Positions 9,811 to 20,581 of a DNA stretch of 64,000 bases are shown here, in pieces (position 1 is the first letter of the stretch; every line of letters starts with the position of its first letter). Source of the stretch: an uncultured Gammaproteobacteria bacterium (GTDB taxonomy: Bacteria; Pseudomonadota; Gammaproteobacteria; JACCXJ01); contig CAVXTM010000012.1 of the NCBI GenBank assembly GCA_963764725.1, forward strand, positions 1 through 64,000. The letters run 5' to 3'. The notes beneath the pieces were generated by a model. That model was not told where the DNA came from and searched no databases. It saw only the letters and a list, made by a program, of their open reading frames with translations. Position numbers and translations under genes: made by a program.

Positions 9811-10785
9811 ATGACGAGACCAACGGTCCCGCTGGGGATCGCCTTCCTCGTGGCGCTGTCCCTGACGATCGTGCGCAGCGCACCGTCGGCACAGGCGACG
9901 GAGGGCGGCGATACCCACGTGATCACCATCCAGGCCGGCGCCCTCCCCTCCGGCCAGCTCGCCTACCGGATGGTCAGCCACAAGATCAAGACTGCGGGGG
10001 GCGGCGAGGCCGATCGCACTGATCGCTACTACGCCGGTCCCACGATCCCTGGCCCAACCATCATCATTAAGGAAGGCGATACCGCGGAGGTGACGCTGGA
10101 ACACGGCATCGCCGAGTCTCAGCAGCCGGTCAGCATCCACGTCCACGGGGTGCATTACAAGGCCGACAGCGACGGCACCATGAAGGTGTTGAACGGGCTC
10201 AAGGATGAGGCCGCCTTCCCTGGCCAACCCTACACGTACAAATGGACCGCTGCGCCGGGCACCGCCGGCACCTGGGCCTACCACGACCACGCCTTCGGCA
10301 ACCCTATGGTTGGGGCCGAAGACAAGGGCTTGTACGGCACGCTGATCGTCAATCCTACCGACGGTAAGGTGCGGGCCATGATCGACGGCAAGCACGTGGA
10401 CGTCGCTGTGGCCGATATCAAACGCGAATTCATCCTGTGGATGCACGAGACCACCTTCTGGGGCATGGAGGTCAACCACATCCTGAAGGGCAAGCAGGTC
10501 CCGCTCTGGACCAACCCGACGGTGGGCGCACGTTTAGGCGAAAAGGTCAGATTCCACGTCATCGGCCTGGGCACGGCCTTTCATACCTTCCATCTGCACG
10601 GACACCGCTGGTTGGAGTCCGGCACCACCAGTGTCATCGACACCGCCAACCTCGGCCCCATCGGCCGCCAGAGCTTCGTAGTCGAGGCCGGTGAGGGCGT
10701 GGGGCCGGGTGAATGGCACTACCACTGCCACGTCATCCAACACATGCAGTCCGGGATGATGGGCGACTTCCGGGTCGTTGAATAG
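9811..10785 (+). CDS. Secreted two-domain multicopper oxidase (SLAC-like small laccase, type B)
   Basis: Signal peptide; copper motifs IHVHG, YHDH, HTFHLHGH and YHCHVIQHMQSGM, with the T1 site in domain 2. Confidence 0.9.
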   Translation: MTRPTVPLGIAFLVALSLTIVRSAPSAQATEGGDTHVITIQAGALPSGQLAYRMVSHKIKTAGGGEADRTDRYYAGPTIPGPTIIIKEGDTAEVTLEHGIAESQQPVSIHVHGVHYKADSDGTMKVLNGLKDEAAFPGQPYTYKWTAAPGTAGTWAYHDHAFGNPMVGAEDKGLYGTLIVNPTDGKVRAMIDGKHVDVAVADIKREFILWMHETTFWGMEVNHILKGKQVPLWTNPTVGARLGEKVRFHVIGLGTAFHTFHLHGHRWLESGTTSVIDTANLGPIGRQSFVVEAGEGVGPGEWHYHCHVIQHMQSGMMGDFRVVE

Positions 10786-10813
10786 CGCTACCGATCAATA
10801 ACAGGAGAGAACC

Positions 10814-12640
10814 ATGCACAGCAACTACAAGTTTATCGCCGCGATCGCGGCCTTGAGCTTTGTTTCCACTCAAGCGGCCGAGCCGGCCACCGCCGAACCC
10901 AAAGAAGAAGACGTCATCATAAGCCGGCCGGGTGTGCTACCCGCCGCGATACTGGAGATGACCGACGAGCCCGGCAAGTGGTTCAAAGACCCCAAGGACG
11001 GCGACTCGCTGGTGGCCGTGAAACCGGGCGAGGCCGTGCTGATTAAAATGACGGACACCAACACCGAACACACCATCACCAGTCTCTTTTGGCAACCCGG
11101 CGCGGCCAAGTTTCCCGTGGATCAGGACAAGGTGTCCAACAGCAGCGTGGCCCAGACCTTCGACAAACCGGGGCTCTATGTCTTTACCTGCAAGGTCCAT
11201 CCCTACATGTTCGGCGCGGTCGTGGTCGACGACCCGGAAACCGAGGGATTGGACATCGGTGCCGAGATCCAACTTGTGACCGGGGTCAAGGTCCCGACCA
11301 GCAGCGATATCGCCAAGAAATTGCTGCGGACCTTCTTCGTAGCAACGACGCCCACCCTGTGGCGCGACTATGGCAAGCCGACCTGGGAGGTGAAGCTCCC
11401 CGATCTGTTGTTGAACCTGGGCGGCACCGTCATCAAGCTAAGCGCATTGGACGTCAGCGCACCCAACAAGCTCAACAATCCCAAGACGCCAGGGATAGGC
11501 GAGGTCTGGGTCAACACCCAGTTCGAGACCATCAGCGGCAAGACCAAACCAGGCTCCGCGACGCAAATAGACGCCTCGACGTGGACCATCAAACAGAAGG
11601 TCAAAGGGGTTGAGCATAACATGAACAACCCGCACAACATGTGGACCGACGCGAGCTACAAGTACATCTACCAAACCGAGTGGTTCGACAAACGGCTCAC
11701 CACCTTCGACCGCGAATCCGGTAAGGTCTACGGCACACAGACGGTCGGCATTAATCCCTCGCATGCGATGTCTAACCCCAAGAACGGCATGCTCTATGTC
11801 GCCATCAACGGTGAGGAGAGCGTGGTCAAGCTGACCCCGGGCGCCTCGCCCACGGCAATGGGCGCCATCAACGTCGGCACCCACAGCGGTCCCCACGGTC
11901 ACCACATCACCGACGACGGGAAATACATGATCACGCCGAATGCCCTCGCCTCCAGCGTCTCGGTCGTGGACCTCGCGAGCGAAGAGGTGACGCAGATACC
12001 TACCGGCGGGGTCATTCCCATCGCCGCCTGGAGCGACATGAAGCACAAGGCCTATGTCGCCAATCTACTCGGTACGCCGCCTGACATGCTGGCCTCGTTA
12101 TCGGTGATCGACCTCGATGCCAAGAAGAAGGTGAAGGACATCAATATCGCTTCGGATTACGACCCGATCAGTGGTGACCACAAGGGCGAGGCCTACGGAC
12201 TGCTGCCGATCCAAACCCCCGTCAGCCCGGATGGTAAGTACGTGGTCACGGCCAACACCCTGAGCGGTACGATCACTATTCTGGATACCGCCACCGACAA
12301 GGTCGTGAAGAGCCTGCCCTGCGAGCCCGGCTGCCACGGCGTCAACTTCGGGCTGAAGAAAGATGGCGGTTACTATGCCTATGTCGCCAGCAAGTTCGCC
12401 AACGACCTCATCGTCATCGACATGGACAAGCTCGACATCACCGGCCGCATTTCGCTCGCCGATCCGAAGGACGCCCAAATCACGGGGAACAACGGCATGG
12501 GCGGACAAGGCGTGCTGCCCTTACCGCTGGCCGAGCACGGCATGCTCGCCCCCACCCTCAAGCTTTCCGGCACCGGCAAGCTGAGCCCCGAGGTCGAGGC
12601 CTGGCTCAAGCTCATCACCAAGAACCAGCGCGGTAGCTGA
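10814..12640 (+). CDS. Secreted type-1 cupredoxin + YVTN/YncE-like beta-propeller protein
   Basis: Signal peptide; EHTIT...YVFTCKVHPYM blue-copper ligands; propeller blades (LYVAING, VSVVDL, YVANL, VSPDGKYVVTAN, AYVASK). Confidence 0.8.
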   Translation: MHSNYKFIAAIAALSFVSTQAAEPATAEPKEEDVIISRPGVLPAAILEMTDEPGKWFKDPKDGDSLVAVKPGEAVLIKMTDTNTEHTITSLFWQPGAAKFPVDQDKVSNSSVAQTFDKPGLYVFTCKVHPYMFGAVVVDDPETEGLDIGAEIQLVTGVKVPTSSDIAKKLLRTFFVATTPTLWRDYGKPTWEVKLPDLLLNLGGTVIKLSALDVSAPNKLNNPKTPGIGEVWVNTQFETISGKTKPGSATQIDASTWTIKQKVKGVEHNMNNPHNMWTDASYKYIYQTEWFDKRLTTFDRESGKVYGTQTVGINPSHAMSNPKNGMLYVAINGEESVVKLTPGASPTAMGAINVGTHSGPHGHHITDDGKYMITPNALASSVSVVDLASEEVTQIPTGGVIPIAAWSDMKHKAYVANLLGTPPDMLASLSVIDLDAKKKVKDINIASDYDPISGDHKGEAYGLLPIQTPVSPDGKYVVTANTLSGTITILDTATDKVVKSLPCEPGCHGVNFGLKKDGGYYAYVASKFANDLIVIDMDKLDITGRISLADPKDAQITGNNGMGGQGVLPLPLAEHGMLAPTLKLSGTGKLSPEVEAWLKLITKNQRGS

Positions 12641-12728
12641 ACCACATAGCAGACCTCCGTCGTAGGGCCCCGCTTGGCACTCGGATTTCTCTCGACGCTC
12701 GTCCAGTGAGCGGGCGTTTTGTCGGACT

Positions 12729-14588
12729 TCAGGGTCCGCCCGGAATCGGTCCCGCGTCCTCGAAGATCTGCTCGCTCGCATCGGTTGCGTTGCCCGATCG
12801 AAACTGCTCTTCGTAGAGACGCGAGTAGATCCCGCCGCGCGCCAGTAGCTCCGCATGGGTGCCCTGCTCGACCAGCTCCCCGCGATCGAGGACCAGGATC
12901 CGATCGGCCTGCAGGATGGTCGACAGACGGTGAGCGATCACGAGGCTCGTCCGGCCGACAAGGATTCCGGCCAGGGCTTCCCGGATCAGCGTCTCCGAGC
13001 GTGAATCGAGCGCCGATGTGGCTTCGTCCAGGATGAGCATCCGGGGATCCTTGAGGATCACGCGGGCGATCGCGATGCGCTGCTTCTCCCCGCCCGAGAG
13101 CTTGTAGCCCCGGTCCCCGACCACCGTGTCGTAGCCCTCGGGCAGCGCCTGGATGATCTCGTGGATCTGGGCTCGCCGGCACGCCGACTCGATCTGGCCG
13201 TCGGTCGCGTCCCGCCGCGCGTAGCGCAGATTCTCCAGCACCGAGGCATGGAACAGATAGCTCTCCTGGGTCACCTTGCCGATCGTGCCGGCCAGGCTCT
13301 CGAGCGTGAGATCGCGCAGGTCCTGGCCGTCGATGCGCACCGCGCCCGAGGTCGGGTCGTAGAGTCGGGAAGCCAGGTAGGTGATCGTGGTCTTGCCGGA
13401 TCCGGAGGGGCCGACGAGCGCGACCAGTTCGCCGGGCCGCGCCTCGAACGTGATCCCGCTCAGCACGGGTTTGCCCGGTTCGTAGGCGAAGGTCACGTCG
13501 TCGAACCGCAAATGCCCGCGCGCCGCCGTCAAGGTCGCGGCTCCCGGGCGCTCCGCCACTTCCTCGTCGAGATCGAGGTAGGCGAAGATGCGGTCGAACA
13601 GCGCGACGGCCGTCGTGAGATCCACGTGCACGTTCACCAGGGCCGAGGCCGGGCCGTAGAGCCGGCCCAGGTAGGCCACGAGGGCGACGATCGTGCCCAC
13701 CGTGAGGGCGTCTTGAATCGCGAGCCAGCCGCCGTAGCCCCAGATCAGTGCGGGGCCCACCGAGGCGAACAATAGGAGAAAGAAGAAGAACCAGCGCCCC
13801 ACTAGGTTCTGCCGCAGGGTCAGCCGCTGGACTTGACGGTTCTTCTCGCGGAAGCGCCGAACCTCGTACTCGCGCGCGCCGAAGAGCCGGACCAGCAGGT
13901 GGCCGCTCACCGAGAGCGTCTCCTGGACGAGTGCCGTGAGCTCGGCCACGCGCTCCTGGGTCTCGCGCGCGATGCGCTTGCGCGCCTGGCCTACGCGCCG
14001 GGTCGGCAGAATGAAGATCGGCAGGATCCCGATCGCCAGGAGCGAGAGCTGCCAGTTGATGCTGAAGATCACGAGCAACGTGGTAACGACCACGAGCACG
14101 TTCGTGGCGACCGCCACCAGCGTGCCCGTGACCACGCCCTGGATGCCTCCGACATCGCTCTGCAGGCGCGATAGAATCTCGCCCGATTTTGTGTTCGTGT
14201 AGAAGCGCAGGGACTGGGCAAGCAACTTCTTGTACATCTCGTTCCGGATGTCGAACATGACAGCCTGGCCGACCCGGACGGCAAGATAGTTCTGGAGCAC
14301 GCCGACGAGACCGCCCAGAGCCGGGGTCGCGATCATGAGACCGACGCACCAGAAGAGCGTTCGCGTGTCACCCAGAGGAATCGCGCGGTCGATTATCTCG
14401 CGCACGAGGAGGGGCGGGATGAGCCCGAGGAGCGCTCCGACCAGGACGCACAGGACGATCCAGAGCGCGTCGCGCCAGTAAGGCCGGAAGTAGGCCGCCG
14501 CGCGGTGCAATGCGCCCCTGGTCAGCCTGGGCGTAGGTCTCGATTCGTCGAAGCGGATGTGGAACACCTGACCGAACAGGCTCGACAT
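12729..14588 (-). CDS. ABC exporter, fused permease/ATPase (MdlB/MsbA-like)
   Basis: N-terminal TM domain; Walker A GPSGSGKT, LSGGEKQR signature, ILDEATSALD and IAHRLST. Confidence 0.95.
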   Translation of the reverse strand: MSSLFGQVFHIRFDESRPTPRLTRGALHRAAAYFRPYWRDALWIVLCVLVGALLGLIPPLLVREIIDRAIPLGDTRTLFWCVGLMIATPALGGLVGVLQNYLAVRVGQAVMFDIRNEMYKKLLAQSLRFYTNTKSGEILSRLQSDVGGIQGVVTGTLVAVATNVLVVVTTLLVIFSINWQLSLLAIGILPIFILPTRRVGQARKRIARETQERVAELTALVQETLSVSGHLLVRLFGAREYEVRRFREKNRQVQRLTLRQNLVGRWFFFFLLLFASVGPALIWGYGGWLAIQDALTVGTIVALVAYLGRLYGPASALVNVHVDLTTAVALFDRIFAYLDLDEEVAERPGAATLTAARGHLRFDDVTFAYEPGKPVLSGITFEARPGELVALVGPSGSGKTTITYLASRLYDPTSGAVRIDGQDLRDLTLESLAGTIGKVTQESYLFHASVLENLRYARRDATDGQIESACRRAQIHEIIQALPEGYDTVVGDRGYKLSGGEKQRIAIARVILKDPRMLILDEATSALDSRSETLIREALAGILVGRTSLVIAHRLSTILQADRILVLDRGELVEQGTHAELLARGGIYSRLYEEQFRSGNATDASEQIFEDAGPIPGGP

Positions 14589-14688
14589 GGGACCACTTTA
14601 CGGGCGCCTCCCGAGTATCACAAGGGTTGCGTGATCGGCGGGGCCATCTCGGCTACAGCGTGCTGCCATGCGTACCGGGATCATCATC

Positions 14689-15339
14689 TCAACTCCCTGC
14701 TGGTGCCACAGCCGGGACGGCGAAGTGCATGGCGTCCAGCGGTCCGTTGCGGGCGATGGCCTCGAAACGGTAGCTGAGCACGCCGCCCGAGGGCAGATCG
14801 ACGACGACCTCGCGCACCTCGAGGGTGTCGGCCGCGATACGGTTGGCGATGCGCGCGGGCAGGCCCGGGGAGGCGTCGTGGTTGCGCGTGAGAAAAACGG
14901 CGTAGAGATCGCCCTCGCGTCTGATCTCGGGCGTGTAGTGGCTTTCCTCCTCGGCCGGCTGGCCGCGCAGAAGACCGAGCAGCGAGAGGAACGGCTTGCC
15001 GGCGCTGTCCTCCCGGAGGGATTTTTCGGCGAGCTGTGCGCCGGTCTTTTGAATGAAGAGCCGATCGCCCAGGATCAGGACGAACTCTCCGGCGGGCTTG
15101 GTGTAATCGAGACGCAACCGATCCGGCGCCCGATACGCGAGCATGCCGGTGCTGACCACCGGATCGCGCACCCCGGGTAGGGCGAGCGTCTGCACGATCG
15201 CGGCCGACCAGGTGAGAGTCTCCCGCTGACGGGTTTGAAATTGTGCGAATAGCGCGCTAGCGCGCTCGGCGGACAGCGGCGCGGCGAGCGTGGTGGCCTC
15301 GGCAAGGAAAGGTATGAAGAACAGGAAATAGCGGAGCAC
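14689..15339 (-). CDS. LolA-like outer-membrane lipoprotein carrier protein
   Basis: Signal peptide; STGMLAYRAPDRLRLDYTKP LolA-fold motif; ends LDAMHFAVP; near an MMPL gene. Confidence 0.75.
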   Translation of the reverse strand: MLRYFLFFIPFLAEATTLAAPLSAERASALFAQFQTRQRETLTWSAAIVQTLALPGVRDPVVSTGMLAYRAPDRLRLDYTKPAGEFVLILGDRLFIQKTGAQLAEKSLREDSAGKPFLSLLGLLRGQPAEEESHYTPEIRREGDLYAVFLTRNHDASPGLPARIANRIAADTLEVREVVVDLPSGGVLSYRFEAIARNGPLDAMHFAVPAVAPAGS

Positions 15340-15488
15340 GCTGCATTTTCCGCTACCGAGACTAGCTCGGCAACTTCACTGACCCGCCGCGGTGCCGTCT
15401 TGCCGATTCGCTCATCGCAGGAACATCTGGATGCTGTGCCACACCAGATACGGCAGGCGCTGCAGAAGGTCGCGGCCGTGCGTGGGCT

Positions 15489-15902
15489 TCACAAGGCAAC
15501 CACACGCAGGCCCAGCGCTTCGGCTGCGGCGCACTGGCGCATGTCGGCGGAGATGAATACTTCGGCCGCGCTGATCACAGCGGCGCCCAGGTGGATGGCA
15601 TCCATGCCGCGCACGGGATGCCTTTCGAGCGCCTGAACCGACTGCCGGATCACCTGGGGCGTGGTATCGCAGATCAGTGCGTCGGCGATATCCGCCATAA
15701 GATCATTCTTCAGTCGCCGGTATTGGCCGGCGGACAGCTTGCCCTCGCGCTTGAGGCGGCAAAATGCCGAGAACAGTTCCGGTATGGCGATCACCGAAAG
15801 AGCAAGCTCGGTTGCCTGATCACACCATGCTAGGACTTCCGCCGTGCCGGGTTCGCTTATGTAACGCTTGGCGAAAGCGGACGAGTCGAAGTAGACCCGC
15901 AT
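15489..15902 (-). CDS. vapC: VapC PIN-domain toxin
   Basis: YFDSSAFAKRY..E, DAIHLGAA and FISAD PIN motifs; start overlaps the antitoxin stop. Confidence 0.92.
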   Translation of the reverse strand: MRVYFDSSAFAKRYISEPGTAEVLAWCDQATELALSVIAIPELFSAFCRLKREGKLSAGQYRRLKNDLMADIADALICDTTPQVIRQSVQALERHPVRGMDAIHLGAAVISAAEVFISADMRQCAAAEALGLRVVAL

Positions 15903-16123
15903 CAGCTGCCGCGCTCTTCCAAGATCAGCTTACTGATCGCCACACCATCCATTGCTAGCGGGCGCGCCTTGCGCAGCTTCCAGGAAGGCAGGTCGGTCTG
16001 AATGGGTTGGATCTCGGCGATCGGCTTGCCGTTGCGCAACACGCGAACCGTCTCGCCGGCCTCGACCAGATCGAAAAAATGCTTTGCTTGATTGCGGAAT
16101 TCGGTGAAGGTAGCCTCACGCAT
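15902..16123 (-). CDS. Phd/YefM family antitoxin
   Basis: TFTEFRNQAKHFFDLVEAGETVRVLRNGKPIA. Confidence 0.9.
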   Translation of the reverse strand: MREATFTEFRNQAKHFFDLVEAGETVRVLRNGKPIAEIQPIQTDLPSWKLRKARPLAMDGVAISKLILEERGS

Positions 16124-16144
16124 GTTCAATCTCCCACGCCTATT

Positions 16145-16162
16145 TGTACAACGGATTGTACA
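16145..16162. promoter_or_regulatory. Toxin-antitoxin operator palindrome
   Basis: TGTACAA-CGGA-TTGTACA inverted repeat about 20 bp upstream of the antitoxin start. Confidence 0.65.
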
Positions 16163-16331
16163 TCATGGTTCGCTCGGCAACAGCACGTAGACGCCCAGCA
16201 CCACCGGCAGCTGGGCCGACACCATGGCTCTTGACTACTTGAACCGCCCGACGCGCTGGAGCCAAGGCTCTAATGAAAGCTCGTAAGTGATGTCAGGTAA
16301 AGGCCCAACAATGCGCTGTGTCGGAGCGGTC

Positions 16332-18600
16332 CTATCGTCGCGCCCGCCGCGTCGTGAGGACCGCGAGCACGGGGAGTAGAAATAGGCACGCGATGACGGC
16401 AGCGATGATGCCGAGATCCATCACCAGACCAAAGTTCCGTAGCGCGGGCTGGCTGGTGAGCATGGGCACGCCGAAACCGATGCACGAGGCGAGGCCGGTG
16501 AGCAGGATGGGCACTCCGATGTGCGCGTAGAGGTGCACGTAATCGCGCTGTTGTTGCAAAGCCATGAGGACATGCAGGCTGTAATCGATGCAGAGCCCGA
16601 GCAGGAGCGGCACACATAAGAGCGAAAGCGGATTGAGCGCGGCGCCGGTGAGCGCGATCAGCGCGGCGAGGAGGAGGAACGAGAGGCCGAGGGCGGCAAG
16701 ATTGAGAAGCACCATGCGCAATGAACGTTGCGCGAGCGCGCACAGCACAACGATGCATGCGAGCACCCAGCCGCTGAGGCGGCGAAGGTCGGCGAGCGCG
16801 GTGCGGTTGAGATCGTCTTTGAGCGTGACCCAGCTCACCGGCAGCACGTTCGCGCCGGCGATGCTGATGCCGCCGGGCGGCACTGGCCGCTCGGCGGCGC
16901 CGGGGAGGCGGACCATGGCGCGATAAAAGCCAGATCCTTCGCGGTGAAAGTTGGCCAGGAGCGGGGAGACGGCGGTGAAGGCGTCGGGCGCGCCGGCGGC
17001 AGCGCGATTCAGGGTCTCGACGAGTGTGAGGGTGGGACTGCTCCATTCGCTGCCGAGACCGGCAGTATCGAAAGCGGCGCGGAGTCGTGGGGTGATGTCG
17101 TTTTTCCACAGCGCGCGGTTTTTGCGCTGGTGCGAGGGCGCGGGCAGGAAGGCGCTATGCGGGGAGCGACGCCCGCCGTTAACGCGCACGGCGAGCTCAT
17201 CGGCGGCGCGCCGGACCGCGTCCCAGCTCGGCGCCTCGACGAGGTAAATCGCGTCCTGCCAGCTCGGGTCTCTTTTCGCGAGTACCTGTTGGCCGCGAAA
17301 AGCGGCGGTCTGCGTGGGTTGGAGGTGATCGAGGTCCGGCGCGTACAGGGCGCTTGGATCGCGCCAGAGCCAAGCGGCGGCGGTGAGGCTAGCGAGCGTG
17401 GCAAGCACGAGCAACGCGCGGCCGCGGCGTGCCGTCGTGTGCGCCATAGCGCCGCTCATGCGGGCTAGAAAGGGCGGTGCCTTCGGCGGGCGCATGGCCC
17501 ACGCGAAGGGAAGCAGCCAAGTGGCGAACAACGCCGAGGCGAGGAGCCCCGCGGCCACGAGTAAGGCGAGCTGGCGTAGGCCAGGCAGGGACGAAAACAC
17601 GAGCACCAGAAACGCCGCGGCCGTCGTGACCGCGCTGAACCAGATACCGCGGCAGAGCCGCGCCCATACGGTGCCGTTGTCGCGGAAATGCGAGGCGTAG
17701 TGATGATAAACAAGGATGCTGTAATCCATGCTGATCCCGAGCAGGATGCAAGCGAAGCCCATGCTGATCACATTCAGGGAGCCGATGGCGACGCGCGCGG
17801 CGATGAGACCCACGCCGAGGGCGAGAAATTGCCCGAGCAAGATCCACCCAAGCGGCCTCAACGTGCGGTAGAAGGCCCAGAACGCTGCGCTGACGAGCAC
17901 GGTGGCGACGATGATCATCAAGCGCATATCGTGGCGCATCTGCGTCGAGATTTCGGCCGTGAAAGCGGGTCGGCCGGTAAGCAGTAAGTGCGTCTCGCCG
18001 GGCAGCGTTTGCCGCACGGCGGCGCGGAAGTCGCGGCCGAGAAGTCCTCACACATCCTCGAAGGTGATGAGGGCTCGCGTGGCGGTGATGGTGAGCGCAC
18101 TCGCTCGGCCGTTCGGTCCATTGGAAATGGTTGTGGTCTTTGCCCGTGCCGAGCGCGTCGAGTAGGCCGAGCGGGTCGAATCGCCGGCGCATCAGCTCTG
18201 CGGGATCGAGCGCGCCGGTGAAGCACTGATGTTACCGCGGGCAGGGACTCGTGCACGAGCGGCGATCGTCATTCCCGGCCCCGGCCCGAGCGCGCTCGAC
18301 GACGCGCGAGAATCGCTCGCGAACGGCAAGACTCTACCAAAAAATCGCCCACGCGGCGAGCCGCCGGGCGGTATGCGTCGCCATTCATCGCCGGGCGCTG
18401 CGATGGATTCGACGCCGGGCAGCGCGGCCTAGGACGGGCCGCGCTTTACGTGAAGCACCGCATCGCGCGCGGTGGCGGGCAGGACGTGTCGTGCGGCGAC
18501 CAGGACCACTTCGCGATCGCTGGCGAATGGGCCGCTGGGAAATGAGGTCGTGAGCCCGGCGAGATCACCGGCACGCTGCACCTCCGTAGCCACGCGGCGA
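16332..18600 (-). pseudogene. MMPL/RND-family exporter with a degraded 5' part
   Basis: The intact 3' ORF (561 aa) has GISMDYS and GLCIDYS MMPL motifs. Upstream 18017-18600 reads only in short broken frames (DPLGLLDAL, FASDREVVLV); the 5' limit is approximate. Confidence 0.7.
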
Positions 18601-18962
18601 TTGTAGACATCCCTTACACCACCGCTTCCTATAGCATCGTGTTATAACAGCAGCCAGGACCTCGACGTACAACCCGACGCAACAAACCATCCATAGAGGA
18701 CTATATGGGTGGATGCCAAAATCTGGATAAACGGGATCCGGGGACGCCTGGCGCTATTCGGTTATTAGAACCGCCGCGGGTCGGGCAGGAAAGGCTGGCC
18801 TTGGCTGCCGCGTGGCAGCTCCAGTGGCAATGAGGTCGCCATGACCACCAAACAGGCGTTAGGTTAGCGAGCCTCTGCGCGGGTGTGCAAGACATCACGA
18901 CATTCGGCCAGTACGACCTCCTCGGACAAGACGTGGATTAATGGACTGATTACGAGGTAACA

Positions 18963-19670
18963 ATGGAAACATCCACTGCGGGCGCCGAGGCGCGGCAACT
19001 ACTCCTGCGTGACTATCAAGGAGTCTTGTCTACGCTCTCCGTGGCGGTTAGCGGTTATCCCTTCGGCTCGGTAGTCCCCTATTGCCTCGATCGACAGGGA
19101 CGCCCCATCATCCTCATCAGCCGCATCGCCCAGCATACCAAGAACATCCTCGCCGATCCCAAGGTGTCGCTCATTGCCATCGAGGGCGGCGTCGACGACA
19201 TCCAGACCGCCGGGCGTCTGACCCTGCTCGCCGACGCAGCCCGCATCCCGCCCGAGGACGAAGACACGCCCGAGCGCTACTACTGCTATTTCCCGCAGTC
19301 GCGCGACTACCACAAGACCCACGACTTCGACTTCCATCGTCTCGAACCGGTGCGCGCCCGTTACATCGGCGGCTTCGGCGATATCCACTGGCTGGAACCC
19401 GAACGACTGCTGCTCCCCAACCCCTTCACCGGCGAGGAAGAGCTCGGTATGGTCCGGCACATGAATGAGGACCACACCGAGGCGATGCAGCGCTATTGCC
19501 TTAATGCCGGCCTTGCCCTGCCCGAGGCCATCACGCCGGTGATGACCGGGATAGACGCGGAGGGCTTTCACCTACGGTTGGGTGCGCGCATCGTCCGCTT
19601 CGAGTTTTCCTCGCTCGTGCAAAGCCCTATGGAAGTACGCCAAGCTCTGGTGGCGATGGCACGAGCGTAG
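18963..19670 (+). CDS. HugZ-family pyridoxamine-oxidase-like heme protein with DUF2470
   Basis: GVLSTLS..GYPFGSVV, ISRIAQHTKNI, RYIGGFG and HMNEDH. Confidence 0.9.
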   Translation: METSTAGAEARQLLLRDYQGVLSTLSVAVSGYPFGSVVPYCLDRQGRPIILISRIAQHTKNILADPKVSLIAIEGGVDDIQTAGRLTLLADAARIPPEDEDTPERYYCYFPQSRDYHKTHDFDFHRLEPVRARYIGGFGDIHWLEPERLLLPNPFTGEEELGMVRHMNEDHTEAMQRYCLNAGLALPEAITPVMTGIDAEGFHLRLGARIVRFEFSSLVQSPMEVRQALVAMARA

Positions 19671-19984
19671 GTGGCCCTCTATAAGCGAGTCGGCTTTGCC
19701 CCGAACTCGACCCCGAACTTACAGACTTAATCGGACCTCATCGTCGCACAGTAGGTCGGACTGAAGCACTGCCCGTTGCGAAATCGTGTTGAATTTTCTA
19801 TCCTTTGTTATGGAGTTCACGCGCCTGTTGTCATGTCGTAGAGCGTGCGATCGGGCATGGCGGCCGCGGGCTTGCTTGGTTTAGGTCGTCGTTGTTGACC
19901 GTCATATGATCGAGGAATACGGCTTTCGTGGTGCGCTAGACTAGCGCATCACACACGTTCAGGAAACCACCCGCTCGCCGTCGC

Positions 19985-20581
19985 ATGAATTTATCCGTCG
20001 TCCAAACGCTCATCGGTATCAATGTCATCGTCTACGTCATGCAAAACGTCGTAGGCAACACGGTTGCGCTGAATTTTGCGCTCTGGCCGCTTCAGCCGAT
20101 CGATGGTGAATCGCTGTTCCATCCGTGGCAACTCATCACGCAAGCGTTTCTCCACGGCAGCGTGCCGCATCTCGCGTTTAATATGCTGGGGCTTTGGATG
20201 TTCGGTCATGAGATCGAGCAAACCCAAGGATCGCGCCGCTTTCTCACACTGTACTTTTCATCCGTGATCACGGCCGCAATCGCGCAGTTGTTCGTTCCCG
20301 GTTGGCTAGGCTTACCACTCGCTCCGACGATTGGCGCCTCAGGTGGGGTGTTCGGTCTATTGCTCGCCTTCGCGGTGTTCTTCCCGAAACGCAAAGTAGT
20401 GCCGCTGATTCCGCCGATCCCAATGCCCGCATGGTTGTTCGCCGCGAGCTATGCGGCGATCGAGTTGTATTTGGGAGTTACCGGCACTCAAGCCGGCGTT
20501 GCGCATTTCGCGCACTTGGGCGGCATGGTCGGCGGCGGTATCGTCTTGTACCGGTGGTATCAGCCAGGCAGGCGACGCTAG
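19985..20581 (+). CDS. Rhomboid intramembrane serine protease
   Basis: FLHGS.PHLAFNM, GASGG (catalytic Ser) and AHFAHLGG (catalytic His). Confidence 0.95.
   Translation: MNLSVVQTLIGINVIVYVMQNVVGNTVALNFALWPLQPIDGESLFHPWQLITQAFLHGSVPHLAFNMLGLWMFGHEIEQTQGSRRFLTLYFSSVITAAIAQLFVPGWLGLPLAPTIGASGGVFGLLLAFAVFFPKRKVVPLIPPIPMPAWLFAASYAAIELYLGVTGTQAGVAHFAHLGGMVGGGIVLYRWYQPGRRR

Noticed and set aside
12379-14349. 656-aa alternative-frame ORF and other long overlapping ORFs (e.g. 24187-25416, 34540-35847, 37721-38656, 45473-46354)
   Set aside because: Shadow frames of well-supported high-GC genes; low complexity or no recognisable motifs.
16165-16230. MVSAQLPVVLGVYVLLP, resembling a SNF2 helicase C-terminus
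   Set aside because: Only about 17 aa; cannot be supported without a search.
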